DNA from: Eledone cirrhosa
Lineage: Eukaryota
Assembly (NCBI GenBank): GCA_964016885.1
Contig: OZ024741.1
Span: 333,994,001-334,058,000, forward strand
DNA length: 64,000 bases
Direction of reading: 5' to 3'
Part shown: positions 24,660 through 37,209 of the stretch, in pieces
Layout: every line of letters starts with the position of its first letter
Numbering within the stretch: position 1 is the first letter of the stretch
Notes under the pieces: model-generated
The model's input: the letters and a program-made list of their open reading frames with translations, nothing else
What the model was told of the DNA's origin: nothing
Databases searched by the model: none
Position numbers and translations under genes: made by a program

Positions 24660-27600
24660 CTACAGGCTTATAAACAGAGAAGGCCCAATCACTCGGGCCA
24701 TTTTCGCTTCATTCACCCACCTTTCAGTAAATTTACTGGGGTGCAGTGCCTCTCTCTCCACCCTGATTCTCCTTCTAAAGTGATACTTAAAGAAGGGAAT
24801 CAATTGTTGTCCGGAGAGAAAGGCATCTGTCCTCAGTCCTCTCAACCTCGTCCACCATATAACTTATTTCACCATAGCCACCGTACAGAGGAAAACCGCC
24901 TCTCTTTCGTTTTTGAAAGAGGCTGGCGGTTTGATCCTTACTATGGACTCAGCAGTCAACTGGATTTGTCCCATACGCGACAGCAGTTGTTCTGCATAGT
25001 TCCACAGGTCGCTTACGCCCGGGCAGTGTACAATTGCGTGCAGAACTGTTTCAATGTCCTGCGCACATCTTGGACACGTCCTCTTGGAAGGATCCCTGCC
25101 AGGGCGTCCGTGCCTGTAGATATTGTCACGAACCGGTAGAGCTCCTCGGTAGCACTGCCAGGCCAGGGACCTCTGGAAGTTGTCCATAGGTCCCGGGCGG
25201 AAAGTCCTACACAACAGGCTGGTGAGCTCATCGTCTTCAACGCCCAGAGTCTCTCCGAGCACGTCGTCGCCCTTGTAACGTACAATCCCTCTATAGAATG
25301 TCGATTGCTGCGCCCGCTTGCCAGAGGACTGTGAGCCTGAGCGCATTCAATGTGCCAGGCGCCGATCCTTTTCGGTCTTTTCTTCACCCAGGACTGCAGC
25401 TCCGTTAGCGAGACGAGCTGTGGAAAAGCCAGTCTCACAAACGGTGCCCACACCGGTTGGGGGTCGGTGAGGAATACCTGGAGATGCCGCAGCCTCAGCG
25501 CATGTTTGCGCATCATCAGCCACGGCATTCCCAGCCCTCCGTTGGAAGGGTGCTGACAGCAGACGGATCTCCTCACCAGCGGAGCCTGCTTCTTCCACAG
25601 AAATTGGAAGAGCATGCGTTCCATCTTGGCGAGGTGTTCACGGGGACAAGGCACGACAGTCAAGCGGTAGTAGATGACGGACGCTATGAAAGTGTTCGCC
25701 ACCTCCGCTCGACCTTTCAAGGACAGTTTGCACTCTGCCCACTTCTGAGTGCAAACACCTTGGCCGTGACCTCTTTCCAGTTTTTCTCCACCTGGAGGTC
25801 TGGACCGAATCAGACCCCGAGCAATTTCACCGGTCCGTCCGTCCAGCGTCCAACGACGCTGTCGGATGTCATCGGTTTGCCTCTCCACGTACCGAGTTGC
25901 AAACCGACAGACTTGTCTGGGTTTAGTTTTGCTCCCGTCAGCGTTTCGTATTCTTTCAGTAAGTTGCCGATCACCCCGATTTCCGAGGTGCTCGACACCA
26001 TTACCGTTACGTCGTCGGCATAAGCCGACGCCGCTTTGCGCAGTCCCGGTTCTAGGGGGATGCCCTGCAACAGCTCCAATTTCCGCAGTAGTGGCTCTAG
26101 AGTCAATACATACAGAATGGAGGAGAGAGGGCATCCCTGTCGAATGGAACGCGTGATTGCGGACGGCTCCGGTAGGTAGCCGTTCACCTTGACCCTCGAG
26201 CATATGTTGGTGTGCATCGCCTCGATCCATCCTCTGAACACGGGACCGAAACCGGCCGCCTTGAGAACCGCTTCCAAGTATCGACGGTCGACCCTATCGA
26301 ATGCCTTAGACTGATCCAAGTTGATCAGAGCTCCACCGAAGCCGGGTTTACTACCCACCCTCTCTATGATGTATCGCATGAGGTGGAGGTTGTCGTGTAT
26401 GGACCTGGTCGGGATTGCACACGTTTGCGCTTTCCCTACCAGGTTCTCGACGACAAGCGCCAACCTCGTCGCTAGCACCTTGGCCAAAATCTTTAACTCT
26501 GTGTTGAGCAGAGTTATGGGCCTGAAGTTGTTAATTTCGTCCCCCTTGTTCTCGTCTTTCCTGATCAGCGTTACTACGCCCTTGCCTTCAGAACTGGGAA
26601 TTCTCCCGTTCTGCTGCCAATTGCAGTAGACGGCTTCGAGGACGCCAGAGAAAAAGTCCGGCATGCCTATGTAAAATTCGTAGGGTAGACCATCTAGATC
26701 GGGTGACTTGCGTTTCCCGCAGCGGCCCAGAGCGTCCCGTATCTCAGTGTCCGTGATCGGTCTTTCGCAGAACTCGGCGTCCGTGTTCGAGAGACGCGGC
26801 AGGCCGTCGATGTATGAACTAAAGTCCATTGCCCCCGTTCGGCTCACCGTCGTTCTGCTCAAACAGTCGCGCAAAGTGCCGCTGAGAGGCCGCGCACATT
26901 TGCTTGGGGTCAAGTAGCACGCGTCCGTTTTGGTCTTTCAAAGACCAAATCATGGACTTGTTGCCACTTTTTGCCTCCGCCACTCGGGCCCAGCTGACAG
27001 CTTTCGCTCCTTCGTTTCTTAGAGCACGTGTTTTGCTTCTGACCATGCAGCCTTCGTGTTTCGCATCGAAGAACTGGTCCAGTGCCGTTCTCGACGCTAA
27101 CACTCTAGCCGCGTTGCCACTTCTAAGTGCCCCCTCTACCTTGGCTACTAGTTCTCTTTCTATTCTGTTTTTCTCTAAGGCTAACTCTCTGCTATACCCT
27201 ATCGATTCTATTCTAATTGCTTTCTTGAGAGAGTACCACCATCTATTGTTGACGATGGCTCCCGTTAACTGTTGCTTGACTAGTCTACTTATCCGTTCAC
27301 TGTAAGCTTTACGTGCCGGCAACGACACGTTCACCTTCCAGTATCCGGGACCCTGTCTATGTATTCTATCACGGTTGACTAAGCAGACAACTAACTTGTG
27401 ATCTGAATAGGCAACCATGTGCATTCGTGAACAGCTTAACATCTCCTTGTCCCTTTCTCTAATGAAGAACCTATCTAAATACTATCTAGATGTCCCACTG
27501 CGGTTTACCCACGTCCACTGTGGTGCAGTCGGGAAATCCAGTCGATACCTATCGGCCAGTTGGAATTGGCCGATTAAAGTTTTGAGGCTGTTGCACCCCG

Positions 27601-28084
27601 CTCTACTGGGACATGCTCCCACATAGTCCCATCGTGCATCTAGGATACCATTCCAGTCCCCCACTAAAAGTAAGCAGCGAGACGTTCCCAGAAAAGACTC
27701 TAGACGCTTAAAGAAGTCTGGCCGTGATTGCGATTGCCCGGTCGGGGCATAAACGGCCACCAGTCTGAAGGCTCCACCTCCGATACTGTTCACGTCTAGG
27801 ACTACCAGTCTACCCTCCGGGTCCAAGTGTACTTGCTGTACTCCGACGTCCAGGTTCTTCCGAAACATAACAGCCACTCCACCTCCACCTCCTGGCCGAC
27901 AGAGAGATGCGTAGATCTCAAAGTCATCGAAGATGGGGGTTAGTTGCTGCCTGTTGTGGATCCTGGACTCGGTGATGGCTATCACATCCATACTGTGTGA
28001 CCTAAGGTCGTTTAAAAGTTGGCCCTGTTTCCAGGGCATCCCTAGGCCACGCACATTCACGGTACCAACTCGTAAACCAGCCAT
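24660..28084 (-). pseudogene. Tx1-type ORF2 (APE endonuclease, reverse transcriptase, C-terminal CCHC), several frameshifts and stops
   Basis: VGTVNVRGL, DVIAITES, LVAVYAP, VGDWN, YLDRF, SDH; NFRPITLLNTELKILAK, LDQSKAFDRV, IRQGCPLS, AYADDV, KLLGV. Stops at 27482-84 and 25810-12. Confidence 0.93.
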
Positions 28085-28125
28085 GTTGGTGAAGAAAAGT
28101 TGGAGAAAAAGGACGAAAGGTGCAC

Positions 28126-29542
28126 TTAACTTTTCGTTTCCTGGAGATCGGGTTGTTCAATCTCCATTTGGGTGCTGGATGGGGTGTTGGGTGGGGTGGG
28201 GAAACATTTCAACAGGACGCGGTTGATGGGTTTGTGGCAGGGGTTGCCCACGTCATGTGAAAATTTAATTTTTAGGTCTTCATAGGTTTCCATAGAAACC
28301 CTTATAAGTTTAAGGTGTGGAGACGATTCTGCCTTGACGAAAGTTTTGCCCTCCGTCTCCACCTTGGGGTTTTGGGACATGACCTCCATCATACTCTTGT
28401 TGTTTGTGTTGATGTATGCGTATTGTTGTTTGTGTTGTTGTTTGTGTCTGTGGTTGTGTGTTGGTGTTGGTGATTGGAGTTTTGTGGGTTTTGTGGTGTC
28501 TCTTGTTTTGTTTTTTAGATTTCCGCGATTCTCCCTCTTCTTCACTTAAAGAAGGAGAAGCAGCTTCATCCGTCGATGAATAATCATCGTCAGGTGTGTG
28601 GGGTAAGGGTATGCTGTGTGGTGGTGGTGGTGTTTCGGTATGTGTGTTTGTGGACAAGAGGCTTTCGTCCTTCTACCGAAATGTTTATTTTGTTGTTATT
28701 ATCAATAACGACTCTTTCGGGTATTTTGGAGATTCTCTCCGGTTTCATTTGCAACAGAATCTCCAAATCTGTACCCGCCCACCTTTGTCGAATAGATTTT
28801 CGTATCGAAAGTATTATGTCTGTTTCTGGCTCTACGAAGCCAGCCAAGATCCACCAGATGTTAATGCTTGGAGGTATGTTTTTTATTTTTATTTTTTGTG
28901 TCCTTTTCCCCATGTATGTAGGGAAAAAGGTGTATGCTTTTGACACTATTGGTGTCATAGAGTTTTTTTGGGCGAGTGCCTCGCTTTTAAACAGTACGGA
29001 AACACTTCCGTACTGTTTTCCTCGTTGGAGAAAATCGACATTTGCTAGAATTTCCTTGAAAGAATCTTCTATCTCTGCTTGATTAACAAATGTCGGCTTT
29101 CTTGACGAATTTGACACAGTCCTAAAAGTGACTGATCGGCGGTTTGTGTCTTCCTTTATTTCAAGGGGTGAGTTAATTCTAAACCCACCTCTTTCTTCGA
29201 AAGTTACAAATTTTCTCCCTTGCTGGAGCATATCTCTTGCGTTGGAGATATCAAGATTTATAAAATCTTGTTTCTTGCTCACTGTGTCAGCGAAAGACAT
29301 TTTCTTTTTTTGTTGATGATGTTGTTATCGTTGTTGGAAATCTCAGTTCCTTGTCGAGGTGAAACTTTATGTGTAGATGTATCTGTAGAGTTGTTGATGT
29401 CTTTTTCATGTGTATGTATGTCAATGGCTTTTTTTGCTGTGTTTTCCTCTGTGTTATTGTTATTTTTTTCCGATTCGGCGGTAGAAATTGTAAAATTTTC
29501 AAATGTTAATATATTTTTTTCTTTTGTGACACAACTGTCCAA
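28126..29542 (-). pseudogene. Tx1-type ORF1 (nucleic-acid-binding protein), frameshifted
   Basis: Overlapping minus-strand ORF pieces 29542-29279, 29300-28590, 28657-28310 and 28545-28126 lie directly upstream of ORF2; RRM-like segment FFPTYMGKRTQKIKIKNIPP. Confidence 0.75.
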
Positions 29543-29864
29543 TCTATGGTGACGTCCATAGTAGCAGAAGCAGATATAACGTTAATATCTGCCTCTTTCT
29601 CTCTCTTTTCTCTATTAACGTTCTCCAGCGTTCTAGTGTTGCTCACGTTATTTACTTTGTAAAATCTGATATTTTAAAACAAATTTTAAAAATAAAATTT
29701 TCGCCCCTACAGGGGCGAAAAATGGGATTACCACCCAGCTGACAATTCAGCTTGGGGGTTAATCTACAAAGTGTTGTGTTTTTTTCAAACAATTAGATCG
29801 GTTTTTTGCATAGAAATTAACAAAAAAGCTTACCGGCGATGTTCCACACGTCAGACAGAAAGAG

Positions 29865-29865
<1 letters not shown>

Positions 29866-29929
<64 letters not shown>
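29866..29929. repeat. (GATA)n microsatellite at the LINE 5' junction
   Basis: About 16 GATA units. Confidence 0.95.
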
Positions 29930-30010
29930 CAGAAACGAAAAACCAACCAAACAGTGAGTGTGTTCTGTTATTAATTCTGGCAATATTACTACAACAATAT
30001 GACCCTCCCC
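29927..30010 (+). repeat. Inverted copy of the terminal ~85 bp of the 23952 element
   Basis: The reverse complement ggggagggtcatattgttgtagtaatattgccagaattaataacagaacacactcactgtttggttgg matches 23952-24035 with scattered mismatches. Confidence 0.9.
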
Positions 30011-30013
30011 AAG

Positions 30014-30044
<31 letters not shown>

Positions 30045-30215
30045 TTGTACACACACATATTTTTGTATGTGTGTATGTATGTATATATTATATATATATA
30101 TATACATACAGAGATGTACATATATTTGTGTATACCTATCTCTGTCACGATATATATACACACATATACATATGCATATACATATATATATATACATATA
30201 CACACATATATATGC

Positions 30216-30246
<31 letters not shown>

Positions 30247-30367
30247 TACATATGCATATACATATATACATACACATATATATATATATATATTGTTGCT
30301 TTATGTTATGGACATGACATGGAACTATGGTGAAGAGTGTATGTTCACACACGCAAACTATATGTAT

Positions 30368-30642
30368 ATCATCATCATCATCATCATTTTACGTCCGCTT
30401 TTCCCTACTTGCAAGGGTTGGACGGGTCCTATTCAGCACAGCATCTCTCCACTTGTCATGGTCCTTCGTCATCTCCTCGGTGAGTTTCAGTGACCTGAGG
30501 TCTGCTCTCACCACCTCCGCCCATGTTTTTCGTGGTCTACCTCTACTGCGTCTTCCTTCTACTGGGATTTCTTGGCACTTCTTTACCCAGCGGTCATCCT
30601 CCATGTGCATACCATCTCGGCCTTCTCTCCTGCACACCACAA
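30368..30642 (-). mobile_element. RTE-clade LINE 3' fragment
   Basis: MHMEDDRWVKKCQEIPVEGRRSRGRPRKTWAEVVRADL, with a (GAT)n tail. Confidence 0.85.
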
Positions 30643-31254
30643 CTTATATATGCATATGCATATATATATATATATACATAGAATTTGCTTGTGTGAACAT
30701 ACACTTTTCATCATATTTCCATGTCGTGCCCATAACATAAAGCAACAAAACTCAATGTGTTATAATTGACATCCTAAATTTATGTATGTTATGCAAATAC
30801 GAAAAATTAGAGTTTTTTAAAGATTAAAACTAAGTGAATATCCATTTATAACATAACCAAACAACGTAACACACAGTGTAACATATATATACAAAGATAT
30901 GTGTATGTAAGAAAATATGTATGATTGTACACACACACACACAGCTATATACAAACATATACACACACACCCATATACACATGCAGACATACACACACTA
31001 ACACACACACCGATATACATACACAGACATACACACACTAAGATCCCCCCCCCATATACACACGCAGACATATACACACTAACACACACACACACATACA
31101 CACATGCATATATACACACACTAACACACATACACACATATACACACAGACATACACACTAACACACACACATATATATAAACACACGCATACACACATA
31201 CATCTATCTATATATATGTGTGTGTGTGTGTGTGTGTATAACCATAAGAAAAAT

Positions 31255-31445
31255 AATTGTTTCCACTTTTGGCACAAGGCCATCAATTACTCAGTACGTT
31301 ACTGGTACTTTATTTTATCGACCCCTTAAGGATGAAAAGCAAAGTTGACCTCTGTGGGATTTGAACTCAGAATGGCAAGGACCGTAACTCTATGCGTCAA
31401 AGCATGGCATCCGACCCTCTACCGATACTGCCAATCCACCAACAA
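31255..31445 (-). mobile_element. SINE family A copy
   Basis: ggtactttattttatcgacccc..aaggatgaaaagcaaagttgacc..ggatttgaactcag. Confidence 0.8.
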
Positions 31446-31662
31446 AAATAATATGACATTAATAGATATATGTGACTGCAAATTGCTGGTTTTTGGGTGG
31501 GCGATATTTTCATGTTATTAATCAGAATATAAATTTTTTCGTTATGCTAATAGGTAAGTGTTCTATGAGTGCTAGCCAAAATCTTGAGCAAACTTTCAAT
31601 TTTTCAATAAATCTATATTGAAATATGAATCGTAAGACCAAACAGATTACATATCAATATGT

Positions 31663-33495
31663 CAGAGGATGGATCGAGGCGATGCACACCAGCATCTGCT
31701 CGAGGGTCAAGGTGAACGGCTACCTATCGGAGCCGTTCGCAATCACGCGTTCCATTCGACAGGGATGCCCCCTCTCCTCCATTCTGTATGTATTGACTCT
31801 AGAGCCACTACTGCGGAAATTGGAGCTGTTGCAGGGCACCCCCCTAGAACCGGGACTGCGCAAAGCGGCGTCGGCTTATGCCGACGACGTGACAGTAATG
31901 GTGTCGAGCACCTCGGAAATCGGGGTGATCGGCAACATACTGAAAGAATACGAAACGCTGACGGGAGCAAAACTAAACCCAGACAAGTCTGTCGGTTTGC
32001 AACTCGGTACGTGGAGAGGCAAACCGATGACATCCGACAGCGTCGTTGGACGCTGGACGGACGGACCGGTGAAATTGCTCGGGGTCTGATTCGGTCCAGA
32101 CCTCCAGGTGGAGAAAAACTGGAACGAGGTCACGACCAAGGTGTTTGCACTCACTCAGAAGTGGGCAGAGTGCAAACTGTCCTTGAAAGGTCGAGCGGAG
32201 GTGGCGAACACTTTCATAGCGTCCGTCATCTACTACCGCTTGACTGTCATGCCTTGTCCCCGTGAACACCTCGCCAAGATGGAACGCATGCTCTTCCAGT
32301 TTCTGTGGAAGAAGCAGGCTCCGCTGGTGAGGAGATCCGTCTGCTGTCAGCACCCTTCCAACGGAGGGCTGGGAATGCCGTGGCTGATGATGCGCAAACA
32401 TGCGCTGAGGCTGCGGCATCTCCAGGTATTCCTCACCGACCCCCAACCGGTGTGGGCACCGTTTGTGAGACAGGCTTTCCCACAGCTCGTCTCGCTAACG
32501 GAGCTGCAGTCCTGGGTGAAGAAAAGACCGAAAACGATGGGCGCCTGGCACATTGAATGCGCTCAGGCGCTCACAGTCCTCTGGCAAGCGGGCGCAGCAA
32601 TCAGTGGATACTCCACTTCGACATTCTATAGAGGGATTGTACGTTACAAGGGCGACGACGTGCTTGGAGAGACTCTGGGCGTCGAAGACGATGAGCTCAC
32701 CAGTATGTTTGGTAGGACTTTCCGCCCGGGACCTATGGACAACTTCCAGAGGTCCCTGGCCTGGCAGTGCTACCGAGGAGCTCTACCGGTTCGTGACAAG
32801 ATCTACAGGCACGGACGCCCTGGCAGGGATCCTTCCAAGAGGACGTGTCCAAGATGTGCGCAGGACATTGAAACAGTTCTGCACGCAATTGTACACTGCC
32901 CGGGCGTAAGCGACCTGTGGAACTATGCAGAACAACTGCTGTCGCGTATGGGACAAATACAGTTGACTGCCGAATCCATAGTAAGGATCAAACCGCCAGA
33001 CTCTTTCAAAAATGAAAGAGAGGCGGTTTTCCTCTGTACGGTGGCTATGGTGAAAGAAGTTATATGGTGGACGAGGTTGAGAGGACTGAGGACAGATGCC
33101 TTTCTCTCCGGACAACAATTGATTCCATTCTTTAAGTATCACTTTAGAAGGAGAATCAGGGTGGAGAGAGAGGCACTGCACCCCAGTAAATTTACTGAAA
33201 GGTGGGTGAATGAAGCGAAAATGGCCCGAGTGATTGGGCCTTCTCTGTTTATAAGCCTGTAGGTTGAGGAAGAGAGCAAAAGGAAGAAAGGAGCACTTGC
33301 ACAACACGCTCCTTGAGTTGAGGGTTGTTCTATCGACGGGGTATTAAACAACCCATTTGTGGCGCCTCCCCCCTATTGGGGATTTCGATTGTTGAAATTG
33401 TTTGTTTTTATATTTTTTACACGACTGTATGTAAAATCCCCGGCATGTCTTTGTATTGTCCCCTTTCTTGTTGCGCCCTTGTGGCTAATAAAGAA
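31663..33495 (+). mobile_element. 5'-truncated Tx1/L1-clade LINE copy with 10-bp TSD
   Basis: Near-identical to 24426-26237 in opposite orientation. TSD ATCAATATGT at 31653-62 and 33496-505. The ORF is open to 33262 apart from one TGA at 32087-89. Motifs AYADDV and CPRCAQDIETVLHAIVHC. Confidence 0.96.
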
Positions 33496-33529
33496 ATCAA
33501 TATGTAATTTCAATATTTCAATATTTCTG

Positions 33530-34100
33530 AGCGATTGGCAGAATTGGTAGAACATTGGATAAAATATCATTGTGATATTTGTTCTGGCTCTTTACATTCT
33601 GAGTTCAAATCCTACCACTTTGCCTTTCATTCTTCTGGGAATGATAAAATGAAGTGCCAGTCAAGTACTGGGATTGATTTAATCAACCAGTATTTCTAAT
33701 GTAGTAGCCTTTATCTTTTATCCACCCACTAAATATAATTGTTTCTACTTTAGGCACAAGGCCAGCAATTACCCAGTTCATTACTGGTACTTTATTTTAT
33801 CGACCCTGTAAGGATGAATGGCAAAGTCAACCTCGGCGGGATTTGAACTCAGATCGTAAAGGGATGTAACTATGCCAATCCACCGCCTAAATATAATGGT
33901 TTCTAATTTAGACACAAGGCTAAAGATTTTGAGGGAGGGAGAAAGTCAAATCAACCCCAGCGCATTACTGGTACTTTATTTTATTGAATACCATAAGGAT
34001 GAAAGGCAAAGCTAACCTCTCTGGGATTTGAACTCAGGAGGTAAATATATGCCACAAAGCATGTCTGACGTTCTACCAATTTTGCCAATCCACCCACTAA
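33530..34100. mobile_element. Cluster of three SINE family A copies (one +, two -)
   Basis: Same diagnostic motifs at ~33530-33690 (+), 33737-33890 (-) and 33895-34100 (-). Confidence 0.75.
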
Positions 34101-35074
34101 ATATAATAAAAGCCTTTCCTCTTAGTTCTGCTCCACAGATATTCTATAACTATGGTTGGTTTTTGTAGATTACCCCTGATTGAGCACACCTAAAATAGAA
34201 GAGTATGATTTAAGGGAGATTTTAGCAGCTGTTTCTAGCAGATCTAGTGAATACATATGACATTCCTTCATTAGCTCAACTGTTTCAAGGTATTTTATGA
34301 TTATTTCTATGAAATTATCTAATCAGATACAATTAATATCACATTGTCAATACAACTGATATAATCAATAAAACTAACAGACATAAAATATTTTAAGAAA
34401 TGAAGAAAGAAAGAAAAAACAAGGGGGCCAATAAGGAAGAAAATAAAAGAGTAAGAAGGTTGGAACACTCAGTTCCACACCATAACAAACGATGCTGGGG
34501 CTTCTTTCTGAAAAACAATATTTCATTTGCTTACTCTAGCATTTTTATCTTCAAGTCATGGCACTGATACACACACATAAGCATCTAGAATCTTTGTAGT
34601 AAAATGTGTGTCCACTGTGATAACTTAAATAGATTTAAGACTTTAAATAGACTTTAAGAAGGGCTTCACCTTGTAGAAACTACACCAAAAAGAGTTGAGA
34701 GAACTCTTTAGTTGTATCAACAGCATATCAACCACTTTAGTGTTGGTGATCTACATGATAAAACAGACCCAGTTCACTCTATTAAGTGATTAATGTATTG
34801 TCTCAAGTTCTACCAAGTGAACAGGAATGGTTGTCATGTCTTTAGACCAATTAAGTATAGAAAATGGATGTAAAAATGATGATGATACAATGGACTTCTT
34901 TTACAGTTTCCGCCTATGAAAATCATAGACATTGGTTGATTCAAAGCTATAACATAGAAGACACTTGTCTAAGTTGCTATAATAGTGAAATAGAGTCTGA
35001 GGCCATATGGTTGCCATGCTTACATCATCTAACATCTTGACTGCACAAAAAGAAATTACATACATATATATATC

Positions 35075-35325
35075 ACCTTGACCGACCAGTCTGTCGGGCG
35101 CCAATCGGTGCCGCTGGTCACAGCACATCGTGCTGTTTTAGCCATAAGATAACGCCATCCTGGCTGGGTGGGCAGGCCGGTACTCATTTCTACAGCTGAG
35201 TAAACTGGAGCAATGTGAAATAAAGTGTCTTGCTCAAGGAAACAACACATCACCTGGTCCGAGAATTGAACTCACAACTTTTCGATTACAAGCCCGATGC
35301 TCTAACCACTAAGCCATGCACCTTC
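35075..35325 (-). mobile_element. tRNA-derived SINE family B with CORE-like domain
   Basis: Minus strand: A box TGGCTTAGTGG, B box GAGTTCAATTC, then ccttgagcaagacactttatttcacattgctccagtttactcagctgtagaaatg. Confidence 0.8.
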
Positions 35326-35784
35326 ACACATATATATATATACATATATATATATATCTGTTGGTTATTTTGCTCTTTACACTTCAATAGTAATTTCAAC
35401 AAGAATTATAAGTTGTCCAAAAGTGGCATTTTTAAAGTTTTTTAACCAAATACTTTTAAACTATTTTGACAAGTGATAGTGTGCCTAAAGTTATTTTAAA
35501 AAAAAAATCAATGACTTTGTCATTTTAATCAGTAATAGAATATTTATTATATATTATAGACCTAGATGGCCAACAACGATAAATAAAAAGAAGATAAATT
35601 GACAGGCATATATTTTTCTATAAATAAACTCTATCTTCAGTTTTCCAAGAAAAAATTATTTTGCTCCGAAAAATTTGAATATTTTAAAATTCAAATTTGA
35701 CACAAAAATAAAACAAAAAAAAAATCATAGTACCCAACAGCTGATTTTTAATCAATCAGGGAATCAATTCTTATATTTGGTATA

Positions 35785-36100
35785 GTATTGGTGATGATTG
35801 TGGTCATACTGATGCTGATAATGATAGTGAAGTTACAAATGATGACAGTGATGGTGATAATGTTAGTGATGATGGTGGTAATAGTGATGCAGATAATAAT
35901 GATGGTGGTGTGGATGATGATGTTAGTAGCTGTGGTGGTGGTGTTGATGATGTTAGTAGTAGTAGTGGTGGTGGTGGTGGTGTTGATGATGATGATGATA
36001 ATAGTGAAGTTAGGAATGATGACAGTGATGGTGATAATACTAGTGGTGATGATGGTGATAATCATGGTGGTGGCAGTGGTGGTGGTGATGATGATGATAT
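35785..36100. repeat. Degenerate (GAT/GGT)n trinucleotide tract
   Basis: Low complexity; produces spurious V/M/D/G ORFs. Confidence 0.9.
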
Positions 36101-36524
36101 TTTAATATCTCCTAATGATTTTCACTAATTAAATCAACAACATCAAGTGTAATTACTTTCGATTAGTACCTTACTAGAAGTATTTCTACTTTTAGCATGT
36201 GAATGTAGAAAAATGTTTTGTTCTTTCTTTTTTTCCTATTTCCCAGCAGTTCATTTTTAACATTTTTAAAACATTGATTTTTCTGCAAAAATATCTCAAG
36301 GAAAACAAGAAAAATATCTGTGAATTGTGAATTGTTTCAGGAGTAATGACAATATATTCTCAAGTATCTTCCATAGAGTTAAATTATTTCAATATTCTCT
36401 TCATTTAAATTTAGATAGAATAGAATTGGTAATTTTATTAAAGCCATTATCAAGATATTTCAAGAAAGCTCAGGTGAAGGAGAGCCATTCCCATTCAGTT
36501 CAGCTTCAACACTCTCTCTCTCTC

Positions 36525-36596
<72 letters not shown>

Positions 36597-36854
36597 GTGC
36601 ATCCATAGCAAATTCTGAATCTCTGAATTAACATTAGAAAGATGTTTAATTAAAACTATTAATCTCATCAACTGGCTACCTCAATCTAATTACTGGCAAT
36701 CCAGTAATGCGTAAATTTACACATTATTTGACTAGAAATTAGCCTTGTTGATAGATAGAATTAATTAAATTATGTCATTTCATAGAGTTTTCAGCTAGCA
36801 TAGGCATAATCATAATGTTTTTCTCAAGTAAAAGTGGTTCATCAGTCTCAGCTT

Positions 36855-37200
36855 CATCACCACCATCACCACCACTGCCATTATTACCACCAAATCCACC
36901 ACTACCAGCAACACCAATACTAACACCACCATTACTATCACTAAAACCACTACTAGCACTACTACCACCACTAACAAAGATAACACCACCACAAACACTA
37001 CCACCAACAGCAACATCAATACTAACACTACCACCAACAGCAACATCAATACTAACACTACCACCAACAGCAACATCAATACTAACACTACCACCACCAC
37101 CACCATCAATATCAACACCACCACCATCAATACTACCACTAAAACCACTACCAACATTACTATCACCAGCAACACCAATACAAACACCAACAGCAACATC
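36855..37200. repeat. Degenerate (CCA/CTA)n tract with a 30-bp unit x3
   Basis: aacactaccaccaacagcaacatcaatact repeated at ~36993-37090. Confidence 0.85.
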
Positions 37201-37209
37201 ATATAATAT

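Larger units (their letters stand above)
24426..29865 (-). mobile_element. Full-length Tx1/L1-clade non-LTR retrotransposon (disrupted), inserted in (GATA)n
   Basis: 5'UTR, ORF1, ORF2 (EN-RT-CCHC), and a 3'UTR ending GCCCTTGTGGCTAATAAAGAA. (ATCT)n lies on both sides. Confidence 0.95.

Noticed and set aside
27482-27484. TAG in the Tx1 endonuclease as a second recoded stop
   Set aside because: The context SR*YLDR fits a Ser codon mutation (TCG>TAG), and it is seen only in the copy that has other lesions.
33263-33495. SECIS element explaining the in-frame TGA as selenocysteine
   Set aside because: No AUGA...AA...GA kink-turn arrangement was seen, and the position looks like Trp rather than Cys.
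35230-35325. tRNA gene
   Set aside because: The A/B boxes are followed by a SINE body repeated elsewhere in the window, so it is a SINE head.
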